Source of the DNA: Neoechinorhynchus agilis
Taxonomy: Eukaryota > Animalia > Acanthocephala
Length of the DNA: 64,000 nt
Direction of reading: 5' to 3'
Assembly (NCBI GenBank): GCA_051530055.1
Contig: CM121341.1
Location: 1,612,001 to 1,676,000, forward strand
Every line of letters starts with the position of its first letter. Positions within the stretch are counted from its first letter, which is position 1. Made by a program: the position numbers and the translations under genes. Shown in pieces: positions 35,818-51,200 of this stretch. The notes below the pieces were generated by a model. That model had not been told where the DNA came from, did not search any database, and worked only from the letters and a program-made list of their open reading frames with translations.

Positions 35818-38800
35818 ATGTGGACAACGTTCAAGGAAGCGTGTAGCCGTTCAAAAGAGATTCTTTCCGGACATTGCTCAGAGTCGACTATCCATGATTT
35901 TTTTGATACGTTAGACCATAAGAATATTTTCAGTCTTCTGCGTTCGCCACTCGCGGATGTTGAACGCTCTGATCGTGACTACCAGGCTTTGTTAAAGGCA
36001 AACACTAACAAAGTGAGTTTGTGCGATCAAATGGAACCTCAATTATTTTCGCGTACGTTCATAAACGAAGCCCTTGCATTTGTACAGCTCTACTCAATGA
36101 ATGAAATGGACGCTTTACGACTCGTGTACAGTGCTTACTGCATTCAACATCACTATCCAGAAATGTCAAGAGGATTGGTTGCTGTTTTGCTCTACTACGA
36201 TTCCAAAGTGCAACTTCTTTGTTTGCTTCTGAATCTAATGGAGATAAAGACAATGGAGAACGTACGAGACAGACGACTGAATTCTCTATTGGATGATTCT
36301 GCAGCTGATGTTTGTGGACATCTTTTAAAAATCAGGCACAGATAGCAATTCCTTTCATTAGCTAAAATATCGTATTTTGATTCTAGGTCTCATTTTAATT
36401 CGCCAATATCGTAGATGCTTGTTTGTGGCTGCCTATCGTTTCTTTTTTTCAGGTGGCTCCAGTGGAAATTGTACTAGATTCACCAACGTTTTCGATAATA
36501 AAATTATTGTAAGAACGGAAAGCGGATCAAAAGAATAATTTGAAAAGATTTTTATAGTAGACAAATGTGGCGACCCAAAAAATTAATCTACAGTACTAAG
36601 CGAGTCAACTTTCTGAATTTTTTAGCTTAAATTCATTGCTGTTTATTCCGCATAGAATAATGCGGTTTCTGTTGACAAGATAACCGACAATTAATTGTAG
36701 TTTGAAATTGAAAAGCAGAGCTTCTAATTCATTTTAAGTTATCTGTTACTGAGTGTACAACAATGTTTTTCTGCTGATAAATTCGAGTTCAAGACGGTGT
36801 TCAATGCACTCTGCTCCGTCCACGGCGTCGGCGATGCCAGTCACATTCGCGAACTCAAGCAGTCGATATATCAAATCCTACAATTATCCGGTCAATTGAT
36901 TTGTGTTTTAGCTGGCCGTTCATCAGATCGCATCGGTCGCTCAATCTTTCGAAGCCTCGCAGTTGTGAAACTCCCTTTGAATGCATTTACATACCGACTC
37001 GTTTTATCCGGGATGTACATTCTAAACGGAGGAGTAACGACTATTCAAGAAATTGAAAACGCATCCTTCCCTGCGGTGAATGTAAATGTTCTACGACTTC
37101 TACAGCAAGAATTTTTAGACCGACCTGATTCATTTGAGTGCAAACAAATCTGCGGTATGTTATGCTTCGTTTATGGACTGAGCCTTAGATATTTCTCGCG
37201 GTCGTTGGTGATGCAATTAGAAGCAGCGGGTGAAGATTATGTTGACTTTGGCATTGATAGAGACGCATTCTCGATGCTTACAATCATGTGTAAAGATGAA
37301 CAAGTAAAAAGTTCTTCCAACATTTCACAGACCCTTCATGCGTTAATCTTGACCTATATTACACTCATGCCCTTCCATTTTGAAGTGGTGTTTGCACAAA
37401 ACTCAAAGGCATTTAAACAACTGGCCGAATGTATGCAGTGTCTTTACGATCGATTCCCACTTCTTGCAAACGATTATTGGCTTGGATTGCGAATTCCCAG
37501 ACAAGATTTCAATGAAGAAGTCGGTTGGATTTTCACTGCTACTGGTATTATTGAACATATTGCTCAAAATGTTAATAGTAAGAACGTGTGTATTGTTGCT
37601 GATACTTTAAAGGTTATTTCTCGGACTTCACCCGACGCCGCCAACCACCTTCTGACTTCTCTCGATCCACTTCACAATCTTTTAGCCCGCGATAGGGTCA
37701 TTTATGCACTTGTCCTTTAAAACACGGTTTATCGGCTATATAAGTGGAATATTTCCAAGGTAGTCGTGAACGTTTGATAGTGGAACTATTGCAGTCGCCA
37801 AAATCAGTATTTCAGTCATATACAGTCGATTCCGGTTAATCGGGCCAAATCGGGACGATTAACCACGTTTGACCGTATTTACAACCGTTGCGTTTTTCCT
37901 GCGAATTTTTAAGAGAAAGCAAAGCTAAGAATAAAGATGCTAGAGAGCAAAGTCTAAAAAACGTAGCATAAGAAATGAAGTTTATATCAGGCAATCTAAG
38001 TTCATGAAACTCGTTTTTTCTATTATGAACAGATAACGAATTTCCTAATTTAATAATTCTTCAATTTTAAAGCACCGATGAACCGTGCATTATAAAAAGG
38101 AAGCAGAGTCCAGCACGAACGGCAAGACACGAATGTCTATTCTTCCTCAAGAATGCCATGCTTTGTGTTCAGTGACAGACCTTCACGCTGAACTATCCCG
38201 CTTGCAGCGACTTTCGGCTCAAAGTGGAGAATGGAACAGTATGGAAATTGGTGAAGTAATGGTAACGCTGCTGTGTTTCCCTCCCTCGTATATTCCAAAC
38301 GATTTAAAGATCTCGTTGATTGGTTTCCTTGAGGGTCTGATGACTCATTCATCAGTCGCACAATCCCTTGCTCCACAAGTCCAACACTTTCTAAAAGAAT
38401 GCTATCCTAGTATTCCGTTAGCTTTCGATCGAAACGAATGTTTACTGGATGAAAAAAGTTCCTGTCTGCTTCGGGGTGTATTGGAACTATGTACAGCATC
38501 GGTTGGATCATTAGAAAGGTCATTTGTTTTGGAATTCGTGCGCAAGATTAGTGTTTGTCTTTTTGTACAAAATCGAATGAAGATATGGGTTTTTGAGGAA
38601 GATGAACGATCATGGAAGATTTATGAGGTGAATTTGCGGCTTCTTAAAAGAATTGTAGACATCGCGTGGGTGGACCCGAGTATTTACGGCTATGTTCAAA
38701 TGTTAGTCGAGTCGACGGTTGATTGTATTGCGAATATTGCAAGCTCAGCACTTGATCTCATTTGGACTGATTCTTTAAAATTTAATCCTAAAAGTGTTAC

Positions 38801-41800
38801 CGATTGCATTCGCAGTGCGTTTTCATTTTTCATTAGATTGATACAAGCCCAGCGACTTTCTGAGGTTATTACAAGTGTCGAAGAGATGATTATAATGCAA
38901 GGAATGGATGATGCGGCGGTTTTGATTGTACGGATGATCCGATTTCTGGAGCTGTTTGAAGAGTATCCACGTGAGTGCCACTGCATTGTGGATTTACTTG
39001 CCTATTTCATCGAAAGCGATTGCTGTGAAATCTCGATTATGCAGGCGATTGACAAATCAAATATTTCATCCAGACTTAGGAACTATCTAATCAGCGTCTG
39101 TGAAAGTGGTGAGTTCAAAACACAGAAGCGAATGCTCGATTGTCTACTTAGGAGTCTATGGAAACAATCAAAGTCACCTGACGTTTCGTTTGGAGTATTT
39201 ATGATGAACGCCGTTCGTGAAAGTGACGACAATTGGGTCATTCATGAAGTCGGTCATAGCCTTAATTCGAGAAGTATATGGCATTTCATCAGAGATGGAG
39301 TCGTAATGCCCATGATGGCAAACGAAACTAATTCCGTTTCCGATGAAATACTGCACCTTGCATTTCAAATCCTCGAAACAATGTCATCTTTTCCTGTTCT
39401 AAAATCAATCGCCTTACATCAATGTCGTCTTATGTTTAATGCACTCGTTCAGTTTTGCACCAAAAATGAATATTCTTCACGTGGAGAATGCATTTCTTCT
39501 GCTATGAGACTCATTGGTCGGGTAATCAACTTCGTAACTGAATCGGGATTCGACCATGAAGCTACCCTAAAAGCACGGGATGTTCTTACATCTGGATTAT
39601 GCTTTGATCCACTGAATTCTGCAGTTGGCTTATCGTCAATAGACGCTGATTTCGAATTTAAAAAGGATTTGGACGATTTGGTAGTTGTTAGACGGGAGGC
39701 AATCTCACATCTTCTGAATGATTTAACGATTTTGCCATCAAGGACATATATAGATAAATGCTACTCTCCAATCGTATATAATCTTTATGAACTTTCCGAT
39801 AAAGCACTCGAGGACAACATAAAGAATCGATTGAGCACCATAAAGGACGACATTCCTATCGAGAATTTACAATCTGACCAACAACGGATTTCGAAAGCTG
39901 TCGAGAAGCTGTTTCATTACAAGAAGCGGTGTTTTGTACACGTTCATTTATTGTCAGGTTGGTGCCACGTTATTGACGCTATGAGTTTCGCTACTGGAGT
40001 TAACAAATCCGGCGATTTGAAGATTCATTTTAACTTGTTAAGTAGTATTTTGAACATTTTGAAAGCGGGAATGGAAGGACTTCGATGCGGAGAATATGAT
40101 GTTAGGTGTCTCGTGATTGCAGGAATTGAGTCTCTTGCTATATTGCAGCGGGTTGTTCATTATTGGATGTGAGGCTTTGATAAAACTAATCAATTAAGCG
40201 TAGGCGATTTTAAAATTGCTGAAACCCACCGCAGTGTGGCCACGATTTAAAAATTTACAAAAAAAACGGTTGTTTCCTAATCACCATTGCATCCGCTTGG
40301 TTATTTTGATTTTTTTAGTATTTAAGAAAAGTAGATTATGGGCAATTAGTACTCTGAATGTTTACTTCAAATATCAACTAGTAGTTCAGTATCGTTTTTA
40401 AAAGTGCACCTTTATGTGTTTTGAATTAAATACCTAAATTTAAATGGTACGACTCGCTGCGAAGTGTAAGCATATACGACTTAGTTTGCAAAGATTGCGT
40501 GCAATCAAGTTCAACGACGGAGAAAACGTTGGCATCCTATCAGCTTTTGTCAGAACGAGCACTTGAATCGGTAAAATTAGTGGCTCGACTGGGAAAATCG
40601 GACGAATCGATGAACCCGTCACCTTTTTTTCGGGAACGCTTCTATTCTACCCTTCTCACGCTCATTAATATTTACGACAAAACGACTGTTATGTGGCATC
40701 GGCAATCTAAGATATCCGCTCGTAAAGAAACAGATCAGAAATTAAGAGAACTTTCCTCACTTTTACCCAATAGTGACTTGTTCGAATACTCCAACATTAA
40801 ATGCCACATCCAATGTATTAGTCTGTACTCACGGTTATTCAATCTGGCTCCTTCACTCATATCTGTGTTCATACGAAGTGGCCGATTATCATCACTGATA
40901 TCTCTAATCGCTTCAAAAAGAGACGAACTGGAATATCATCTATATTTGGCTCATGTACTACTCGTATCTCTATCTAGACAACAATCGTCCGTAACAAACC
41001 TCCTTCCAGACGTATTTGAACTTTTTAAACTCCGAATATTATCCCGAGGACTAATGAGGAAACCGCCATCGTCTGCCAAAAGTCTTATTTCAACGTATTG
41101 GCAAACAATGACATCAGCGTGGATTCTAGTAATGCAACCTCTTAACTTACCAGTTGCTTTAAGCACTTCTCACCTTATTAATTGGATTAATGATAATGAA
41201 GACGGAATATTAAATGAACTGTTAGACCTCAATTCAAAAAATGCACCTCTTATTTGTACAATGATCCACGTGATGATCACCAGTGCGAAAGACGATAAAC
41301 TAAAAACCAGAGTACTAAATCTTCTCGAAGAGATCATGAGAGAATGCTTCAGTAAAGACTCCGCAAATAAACTAGTGTTCAATGAGCAGATATTGAGCGC
41401 TATAATGATGTTTGCATATCATCTTCAAAGTCGAGACTCCCTTTCGGTTTCCTTGCTTCAACGACTAAGCAAGCTGATTATAAGAGTATGCGACTCATGG
41501 AGCTTAAATGATCGACCAGCATCGAGTTTAAAAACAATCGAGAATACGCCAAGGAATCGTGAAGTCAGTGAATTGAAAATATCCAATCACTCAAATCGAT
41601 ATCGAAGATTATGCCTGGAGCTCTATTTTGCGACATTATGGAAATGGCAGCGCTCCTTGAGCACATTTAAACGAAGTGTTGCGACTCAGATGCAGGAAGC
41701 CGGTATAGGAGAATCCGGGTTAGTTCAATGCATCAATGCATATAAAGCGATCGCAGACCAAAGTAAGGGAACAAACTGGGACTGTAAGACGCCTCTTTGT

Positions 41801-41875
41801 CTAGGAGAATATCTGATCAAACGATCGACAGACGGAGATGACGATCGAATTATTGGAATTGGTTTGTTCGCATAA
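35818..41875 (+). CDS. NUP205: Nuclear pore complex protein Nup205/Nup192, four large coding blocks separated by about three 300-450-nt introns (exact junctions uncertain)
   Basis: N-terminal Nup205 signature FINEAL..QHHYPEMSRGLVAVLLYYD. Co-oriented alpha-solenoid ORFs 35818-36345, 36797-37720, 38085-40172 and 40499-41875. GTGAGG donor at 40169. Confidence 0.85.
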
Positions 41876-42208
41876 AACAGGACTGTATCCGGTTTTTAGA
41901 GCGTTCCCGCGTCAAAACATAATTCCAACAGAAAAAACGGAACAAAATAGTTCATCAGATCACTTCCAAATAACGCAACAAAATTTTGCCATCATTGCAA
42001 GAAATGTACGTTTTTAAAACAAAAAAAAATTGTCAACACTAAGAATCCAAAAATAATACCACAAATCGACGATAAATACGGAAACCAGAAAGAAAAATGC
42101 ACAAAAACAATATTCTGCCAACCCTGCGTATGTCTCCTTCATTCTTCCATTTTAGTGAAAGTCATATTAATTCCCATTTTTAACAACACGACAAAAGAAG
42201 CAATCCAA

Positions 42209-45200
42209 CGTTTGTTATTAATCGGTCTTTTGGCCAAAGTCAGCAAGATAAACCATGGAATTTATAAGAGAAGTTTTTGTACCACCGTCCCGATCTTTTT
42301 TTAAGAAGAGAGGACTGCGTTTTTTATGCATGACCATTTCATTGCCATGTAAGCGCAGGTGTAAAAATGTATGGATCCATATTCCGTTTCTTACTGATCG
42401 GTCTGTTGGCCAAAGTCAGCAAGATAAACCATGGAACCTACAAATAATCAACTTTTGGTTTATAAGAGAAGTTTTTGTACCACCGTCCCGATCTTTTTTT
42501 AAGAAGAGAGGACTGCGTTTTTTATGCATGACCATTTCATTGCCATGTAAGCGCAGGTGTAAAATGTATGGATCCATATTCCGTTTCTTACTGATCGGTC
42601 TGTTGGCCAAAGTCAGCAAGATAAACCATGGAACCTACAAATAATCAACTTTTTGATTTATAAGAGAAGTTTTTGTACCACCGTCCCGATCTTTTTTTAA
42701 GAAGAGAGGACTGCGTTTTTTATGCATGACCATTTCATTGCCATGTAAGCGCAGGTGTAAAAATGTATGGATCCATATTCCGTTTCTTACTGATCGGTCT
42801 GTTGGCCAAAGTCAGCAAGATAAACCATGGAACCTACAAATAATCAACTTTTTGATTTATAAGAGAAGTTTTTGTACCACCGTCCCGATCTTTTTTTAAG
42901 AAGAGAGGACTGCGTTTTTTATGCATGACCATTTCATTGCCATGTAAGCGCAGGTGTAAAAATGTATGGATCCATATTCCGTTTCTTACTGATCGGTCTG
43001 TTGGCCAAAGTCAGCAAGATAAACCATGGAACCTACAAATAATCAACTTTTTGATTTATAAGAGAAGTTTTTGTACCACCGTCCCGATCTTTTTTTAAGA
43101 AGAGAGGACTGCGTTTTTTATGCATGACCATTTCATTGCCATGTAAGCGCAGGTGTAAAAATGTATGGATCCATATTCCGTTTCTTACTGATCGGTCTGT
43201 TGGCCAAAGTCAGCAAGATAAACCATGGAACCTACAAATAATCAACTTTTGGTTTATAAGAGAAGTTTTTGTACCACCGTAATTTTTTAAGAAGAGAGGA
43301 CTGCGTTTTTTATGCATGACCATTTCATTGCCATGTAAGCGCAGGTGTAAAAATGTATGGATCCATATTCCGTTTCTTACTGATCGGTCTGTTGGCCAAA
43401 GTCAGCAAGATAAACCATGGAACCTACAAATAATCAACTTTTGGATTTATAAGAGAAGTTTTTGTACCACCGTCCCGATCTTTTTTTAAGAAGAGAGGAC
43501 TGCGTTTTTTATGCATGACCATTTCATTGCCATGTAAGCGCAGGTGTAAAAATGTATGGATCCATATTCCGTTTCTTACTGATCGGTCTGTTGGCCAAAG
43601 TCAGCAAGATAAACCATGGAACCTACAAATAATCAACTTTTTGGTTTATAAGAGAAGTTTTTGTACCACCGTCCCGATCGTTTCTTTTTTTTTAAGAAGA
43701 GAGGACTGCGTTTTTTATGCATGACCATTTCATTGCCATGTAATGCGCAGGTAAGCGCAGGTGTAAAAATGTATGGATCCATATTCCGTTTCTTACTGAT
43801 CGGTCTGTTGGCCAAAGTCAGCAAGATAAACCATGGAACCTACAAATAATCAACTTCTTGGTTCATAAGAGAAGTTTTTGTACCACCGTCCCGATCTTTT
43901 TTTAAGAAGAGAGGACTGCGTTTTTTATGCATGACCATTTCATTGCCATGTAAGCGCAGGTGTAAAAATGTATGGATCCATATTCCGTTTCTTACTGATC
44001 GGTCTGTTGGCCAAAGTCAGCAAGATAAACCATGGAACCTACAAATAATCAACTTTTTGGTTTAATAAGAGAATCTTTTTTTGTACCACCGTTTTTTATG
44101 ATCCATTTTTTAAAAATGTAGAAGAGAGGACTGCAAATAATCAACTTTTTTTATAAGAGAAGTTTTTGTACCACCGTGATCTTTTTTAAGAAGAGAGGAC
44201 ATGACCATTTCATTGCCATGTAAGCGCAGGTGTAAAAATGTATGGATCCATATTCCGTTTCTTACTGATCGGTCTGTTGGCCAAAGTCAGCAAGATAAAC
44301 CATGGAACCTACAAATAATCAACTTCTTGGTTCATAAGAGAAGTTTTTGTACCACCGTCCCGATCTTTTTTTAAGAAGAGAGGACTGCGTTTTTTATGCA
44401 TGACCATTTCATTGCCATGTAAGCGCAGGTGTAAAAATGTATGGATCCATATTCCGTTTCTTACTGATCGGTCTGTTGGCCAAAGTCAGCAAGATAAACC
44501 ATGGAACCTACAAATAATCAACTTTTGATTTATAAGAGAAGTTTTTGTACCACCGTCCCGATCTTTTTTTAAGAAGAGAGGACTGCGTTTTTTATGCATG
44601 ACCATTTCATTGCCATGTAAGCGCAGGTGTAAAAATGTATGGATCCATATTCCGTTTCTTACTGATCGGTCTGTTGGCCAAAGTCAGCAAGATAAACCAT
44701 GGAACCTACAAATAATCAACTTTTTGATTTATAAGAGAAGTTTTTGTACCACCGTCCGATCTTTTTTTAAGAAGAGAGGACTGCGTTTTTTATGCATGAC
44801 CATTTCATTGCCATGTAAGCGCAGGTGTAAAAATGTATGGATCCATATTCCGTTTCTTACTGATCGGTCTGTTGGCCAAAGTCAGCAAGATAAACCATGG
44901 AACCTACAAATAATCAACTTTTTGATTTATAAGAGAAGTTTTTGTACCACCGTCCCGATCTTTTTTTAAGAAGAGAGGACTGCGTTTTTATGCATGACCA
45001 TTTCATTGCCATGTAAGCGCAGGTGTAAAAATGTATGGATCCATATTCCGTTTCTTACTGATCGGTCTGTTGGCCAAAGTCAGCAAGATAAACCATGGAA
45101 CCTACAAATAATCAACTTCTTGGTTCATAAGAGAAGTTTTTGTACCACCGTCCCGATCTTTTTTTAAGAAGAGAGGACTGCGTTTTTTATGCATGACCAT

Positions 45201-48200
45201 TTCATTGCCATGTAAGCGCAGGTGTAAAAATGTATGGATCCATATTCCGTTTCTTACTGATCGGTCTGTTGGCCAAAGTCAGCAAGATAAACCATGGAAC
45301 CTACAAATAATCAACTTTTTGATTTATAAGAGAAGTTTTTGTACCACCGTCCCGATCTTTTTTTAAGAAGAGAGGACTGCGTTTTTTATGCATGACCATT
45401 TCATTGCCATGTAAGCGCAGGTGTAAAAATGTATGGATCCATATTCCGTTTCTTACTGATCGGTCTGTTGGCCAAAGTCAGCAAGATAAACCATGGAACC
45501 TACAAATAATCAACTTTTTGATTTCATAAGAGAAGTTTTTGTACCCGTCCCGATCTTTTTTTAAGAAGAGAGGACTGCGTTTTTTATGCATGACCATTTC
45601 ATTGCCATGTAAGCGCAGGTGTAAAAATGTATGGATCCATATTCCGTTTCTTACTGATCGGTCTGTTGGCCAAAGTCAGCAAGATAAACCATGGAACCTA
45701 CAAATAATCAACTTCTTGGTTCATAAGAGAAGTTTTTGTACCACCGTCCCGATCTTTTTTTAAGAAGAGAGGACTGCGTTTTTTATGCATGACCATTTCA
45801 TTGCCATGTAAGCGCAGGTGTAAAAATGTATGGATCCATATTCCGTTTCTTACTGATCGGTCTGTTGGCCAAAGTCAGCAAGATAAACCATGGAACCTAC
45901 AAATAATCAACTTTTGATTTATAAGAGAAGTTTTTGTACCACCGTCCCGATCTTTTTTTAAGAAGAGAGGACTGCGTTTTTTATGCATGACCATTTCATT
46001 GCCATGTAAGCGCAGGTGTAAAAATGTATGGATCCATATTCCGTTTCTTACTGATCGGTCTGTTGGCCAAAGTCAGCAAGAGATATGGAACCTACAAATA
46101 ATCAACTTCTTGGTTCATAAGAGAAGTTTTTGTACCACCGTCCCGATCTTTTTTTAAGAAGAGAGGACTGCGTTTTTTATGCATGACCATTTCATTGCCA
46201 TGTAAGCGCAGGTGTAAAAATGTATGGATCCATATTCCGTTTCTTACTGATCGGTCTGTTGGCCAAAGTCAGCAAGATAAACCATGGAACCTACAAATAA
46301 TCAACTTTTTGATTTATAAGAGAAGTTTTTGTACCACCGTCCCGATCTTTTTTTAAGAAGAGAGGACTGCGTTTTTTATGCATGACCATTTCATTGCCAT
46401 GTAAGCGCAGGTGTAAAAATGTATGGATCCATATTCCGTTTCTTACTGATCGGTCTGTTGGCCAAAGTCAGCAAGATAAACCATGGAACCTACAAATAAT
46501 CAACTTCTTGGTTCATAAGAGAAGTTTTTGTACCACCGTCCCGATCTTTTTTAAGAAGAGAGGACTGCGTTTTTTATGCATGACCATTTCATTGCCATGT
46601 AAGCGCAGGTGTAAAAATGTATGGATCCATATTCCGTTTCTTACTGATCGGTCTGTTGGCCAAAGTCAGCAAGATAAACCATGGAACCTACAAATAATCA
46701 ACTTCTTGGTTCATAAGAGAAGTTTTTGTACCACCGTCCCGATCTTTTTTTAAGAAGAGAGGACTGCGTTTTTTATGCATGACCATTTCATTGCCATGTA
46801 AGCGCAGGTGTAAAAATGTATGGATCCATATTCCGTTTCTTACTGATCGGTCTGTTGGCCAAAGTCAGCAAGATAAACCATGGAACCTACAAATAATCAA
46901 CTTTTGATTTATAAGAGAAGTTTTTGTACCACCGTCCCGATCTTTTTTTAAGAAGAGAGGACTGCGTTTTTTATGCATGACCATTTCATTGCCATGTAAG
47001 CGCAGGTGTAAAAATGTATGGATCCATATTCCGTTTCTTACTGATCGGTCTGTTGGCCAAAGTCAGCAAGATAAACCATGGAACCTACAAATAATCAACT
47101 TTTTGGATTTATAAGAGAAGTTTTTGTACCACCGTCCCGATCTTTTTTTAAGAAGAGAGGACTGCGCGTTTTTTATGCATGACCATTTCATTGCCATGTA
47201 AGCGCAGGTGTAAAAATGTATGGATCCATATTCCGTTTCTTACTGATCGGTCTGTTGGCCAAAGTCAGCAAGATAAACCATGGAACCTACAAATAATCAA
47301 CTTTTTGATTTATAAGAGAAGTTTTTGTACCACCGTCCCGATCTTTTTTTAAGAAGAGAGGACTGCGTTTTTTATGCATGACCATTTCATTGCCATGTAA
47401 GCGCAGGTGTAAAAATGTATGGATCCATATTCCGTTTCTTACTGATCGGTCTGTTGGCCAAAGTCAGCAAGATAAACCATGGAACCTACAAATAATCAAC
47501 TTTTGATTTCATAAGAGAAGTTTTTGTACACCGTCCCGATCTTTTTTTAAGAAGAGAGGACTGCGTTTTTTATGCATGACCATTTCATTGATGTAAGCGC
47601 AGGTGTAAAAATGTATTCCATATTCCGAAGAGAGGACTGCGTTTTTTATGCATACCATTTCATGCAGGACTGCGTTTTTTATGCATTTCATTTCATTGCC
47701 ATGTAAGCGCAGGTGTAAAAATGTATGGATCCATATTCCGTTTCTTACTGATCGGTCTGTTGGCCAAAGTCAGCAAGATAAACCATGGAACCTACAAATA
47801 ATCAACTTTTTGATTTATAAGAGAAGTTTTTGTACCACCGTCCCGATCTTTTTTTAAGAAGAGAGGACTGCGTTTTTTATGCATGACCATTTCATTGCCA
47901 TGTAAGCGCAGGTGTAAAAATGTATGGATCCATATTCCGTTTCTTACTGATCGGTCTGTTGGCCAAAGTCAGCAAGATAAACCATGGAACCTACAAATAA
48001 TCAACTTTTTGATTTATAAGAGAAGTTTTTGTACCACCGTCCCGATCTTTTTTTAAGAAGAGAGGACTGCGTTTTTTATGCATGACCATTTCATTGCCAT
48101 GTAAGCGCAGGTGTAAAAATGTATGGATCCATATTCCGTTTCTTACTGATCGGTCTGTTGGCCAAAGTCAGCAAGATAAACCATGGAACCTACAAATAAT

Positions 48201-51200
48201 CAACTTCTTGGTTCATAAGAGAAGTTTTTGTACCACCGTCCCGATCTTTTTTAAGAAGAGAGGACTGCGTTTTTTATGCATGACCATTTCATTGCCATGT
48301 AAGCGCAGGTGTAAAAATGTATGGATCCATATTCCGTTTCTTACTGATCGGTCTGTTGGCCAAAGTCAGCAAGATAAACCATGGAACCTACAAATAATCA
48401 ACTTTTTGAGAAGTTTTTTTATAAGAGAAGTTTTTGTATTGCCACAGGTGTAAAAATGTATGGATCCATATTCCGTTTCTTTTTTAAGAAGAGAGGACTG
48501 CGTTTTTTATGCATGACCATTTCATTGCCATGTAAGCGCAGGTGTAAAAATGTATGGATCCATATTCCGTTTCTTACTGATCGGTCTGTTGGCCAAAGTC
48601 AGCAAGATAAACCATGGAACCTACAAATAATCAACTTCTTGGTTCATAAGAGAAGTTTTTGTACCACCGTCCCGATCTTTTTTTAGAAGAGAGGACTGCG
48701 TTTTTTATGCATGACCATTTCATTGCCATGTAAGCGCAGGTGTAAAAATGTATGGATCCATATTCCGTTTCTTACTGATCGGTCTGTTGGCCAAAGTCAG
48801 CAAGATAAACCATGGAACCTACAAATAATCAACTTCTTGGTTCATAAGAGAAGTTTTTGTACCACCGTCGATCTTTTTTTAAGAAGAGAGGACTGCGTTT
48901 TTTATGCATGACCATTTCATTGCCATGTAAGCGCAGGTGTAAAAACGTATGGATCCATATTCCGTTTCTTACTGATCGGTCTGTTGGCCAAAGTCAGCAA
49001 GATAAACCATGGAACCTACAAATAATCAACTTTTTGATTTATAAGAGAAGTTTTTGTACCACCGTCCCGATCTTTTTTAAGAAGAGAGGACTGCGTTTTT
49101 TATGCATGACCATTTCATTGCCATGTAAGCGCACGTGTAAAAATGTATGGATCCATATTCCGTTTCTGCATTGATCGGTTCATATACAAAGTCAGCAAGA
49201 TAAACCATGGAACTTACAAATAATCAACTTCTTGGTTGGATAAGAGAAGTTTTTGTACCACTGTCCCGATCTTTTTTTAAGAAGAGGGGACTGCGTTTTT
49301 TATGCATGACCATTTCATTGCCATGTAAGCGCAGGAGTAAAAATGTATGGATCCATATTCCGTTTCTTACTGATCGGTCTGTTGGCCAAAGTCAGCAAGA
49401 TAAACCATGGAACCTACAAATAATCAACTTCTTGGTTCATAAGAGAAGTTTTTGTACCACCGTCCCGATCTTTTTTTAAGAAGAGAGGACTGCGTTTTTT
49501 ATGCATGACCATTTCATTACCGTGTAAGCGCAGGTGTAAAAATGTATGGATCCATATTCCGTTTCTAACTGATCGGTCTGTTGGCCAAAGTCAGCAAGAT
49601 AAACCATGGAACCTTCAAATAATCAACTTCTTGGTTCATAAGAGAAGTTTTGGTAACACCGTCCGGATCTTTTTTTAAGAAGAGAGGACTGCGTTTTATA
49701 TGCATGACCATTTCATTGCCATGTAAGCGCAGGTGTAAAAATGTATGGATCCATATTCCGTTTCTTACTGATCGGTCTGTTGGCCAAAGTCAGCAAGATA
49801 AACCATGGAACCTACAAATAATCAACTTCTTGGTTCATAAGAGAAGTTTTTGTACCACCGTCCCGATATTTTTTTAAGAAGAGAGGACTGCGTTTTTTAT
49901 GCATGACATATTCATTGCCATGTAAGCGCAGGAGTAAAAATGTATGGATCCATATTCCGTTTCTTACTGATCGGTCTGTTGGCCAAAGTCAGCAAGATAA
50001 ACCATGGAACCTACAAGTAATCAACTTTTTGATTTATAAGAGAAGTTTTTGTACCACCGTCCAGATCTTTTTTTAAGAAGAGAGGACTGCGTTTTTTATG
50101 CATGACCATTTCATTGCCATGTAAGCGCAGGTGTAAAAATGTATGGATCCATATTCCGTTTCTTACTGATCGGTCTGTTGGCCAAAGTCAGCAAGATAAA
50201 CCATGGAACCTACAAATAATCAACTCTTGGTTCATAAGAGAAGTTTTGGTAACACCGTCCGATCTTTTAAGAAGAGAGACTGCGTTTTTTTATGCATGAT
50301 TATTTGGCTGTCATGTAAGCGCAGGTGTAAAAATGTATGGATCCATATTCCGTTTCTTACTGATCGGTCTGTTGGCCAAAGTCAGCAAGATAAACCATGG
50401 AACCTACAAATAATCAACTTCTTGGTTCATGAGAGAAGTTTTGGTAACACCGTCCGGATCTTTTTTTAAGAAGAGAGGACTGCGTTTTTTTATGCATTAT
50501 TATTTCATTGCCATGTTAGCGCAGGTGTAAAAATGTATGGATCCATATTCCGTTTCTTACTGATCGGTCTGTTGGCCAAAGTCAGCAAGATAAACCATGG
50601 AACCTACAAATAATCAACTTCTTGGTTCATAAGAGAAGTTTTTGTACCACCGTCCCGATCTTTTTTTAAGAAGAGAGGACTGCGTTTTTAATGCATGACC
50701 ATTTCATTGCCATGTAAGCGCAGGAGTAAAAATGTATGGATCCATATTCCGTTTCTTACTGATCGGTCTGTTGGCCAAAGTCAGCAAGATAAACCATGGA
50801 ACCTACAAATAATCAACTTTTTGATTTATAAGAGAAGTTTTTGTACCACCGTCCAGATCTTTTTGAAGAAGAGAGGACAGCGTTTTTTATGCATGACCAT
50901 TTCATTGCCATGTAAGCGCAGGTGTAAAAATGTATGGATCCATATTCCGTTTCTTACTGATCGGTTTGTTGGCCAAAGTCAGCAAGATAAACCATGGAAC
51001 CTACAAATAATCAACTTCTTGGTTCATAACAGAAGTTTTTGTACCACCGTCCCGATCTTTTTTTAAGAAGAGAGGACTGCGTTTTTTATGCATGATTATT
51101 TCATTGCCATGTAAGCGCAGGTGTAAAAATGTATGGATCCATATTCCGTTTCTTACTGATCGGTCTGTTGGCCAAAGTCAGCAAGATAAACCATGGAACC

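Noticed and set aside
44040-44220. Scrambled monomers here and near 43680, 47580-47700 and 48400-48490
   Set aside because: Shuffled short pieces of the monomer look like consensus or polishing errors in a collapsed repeat rather than biology.
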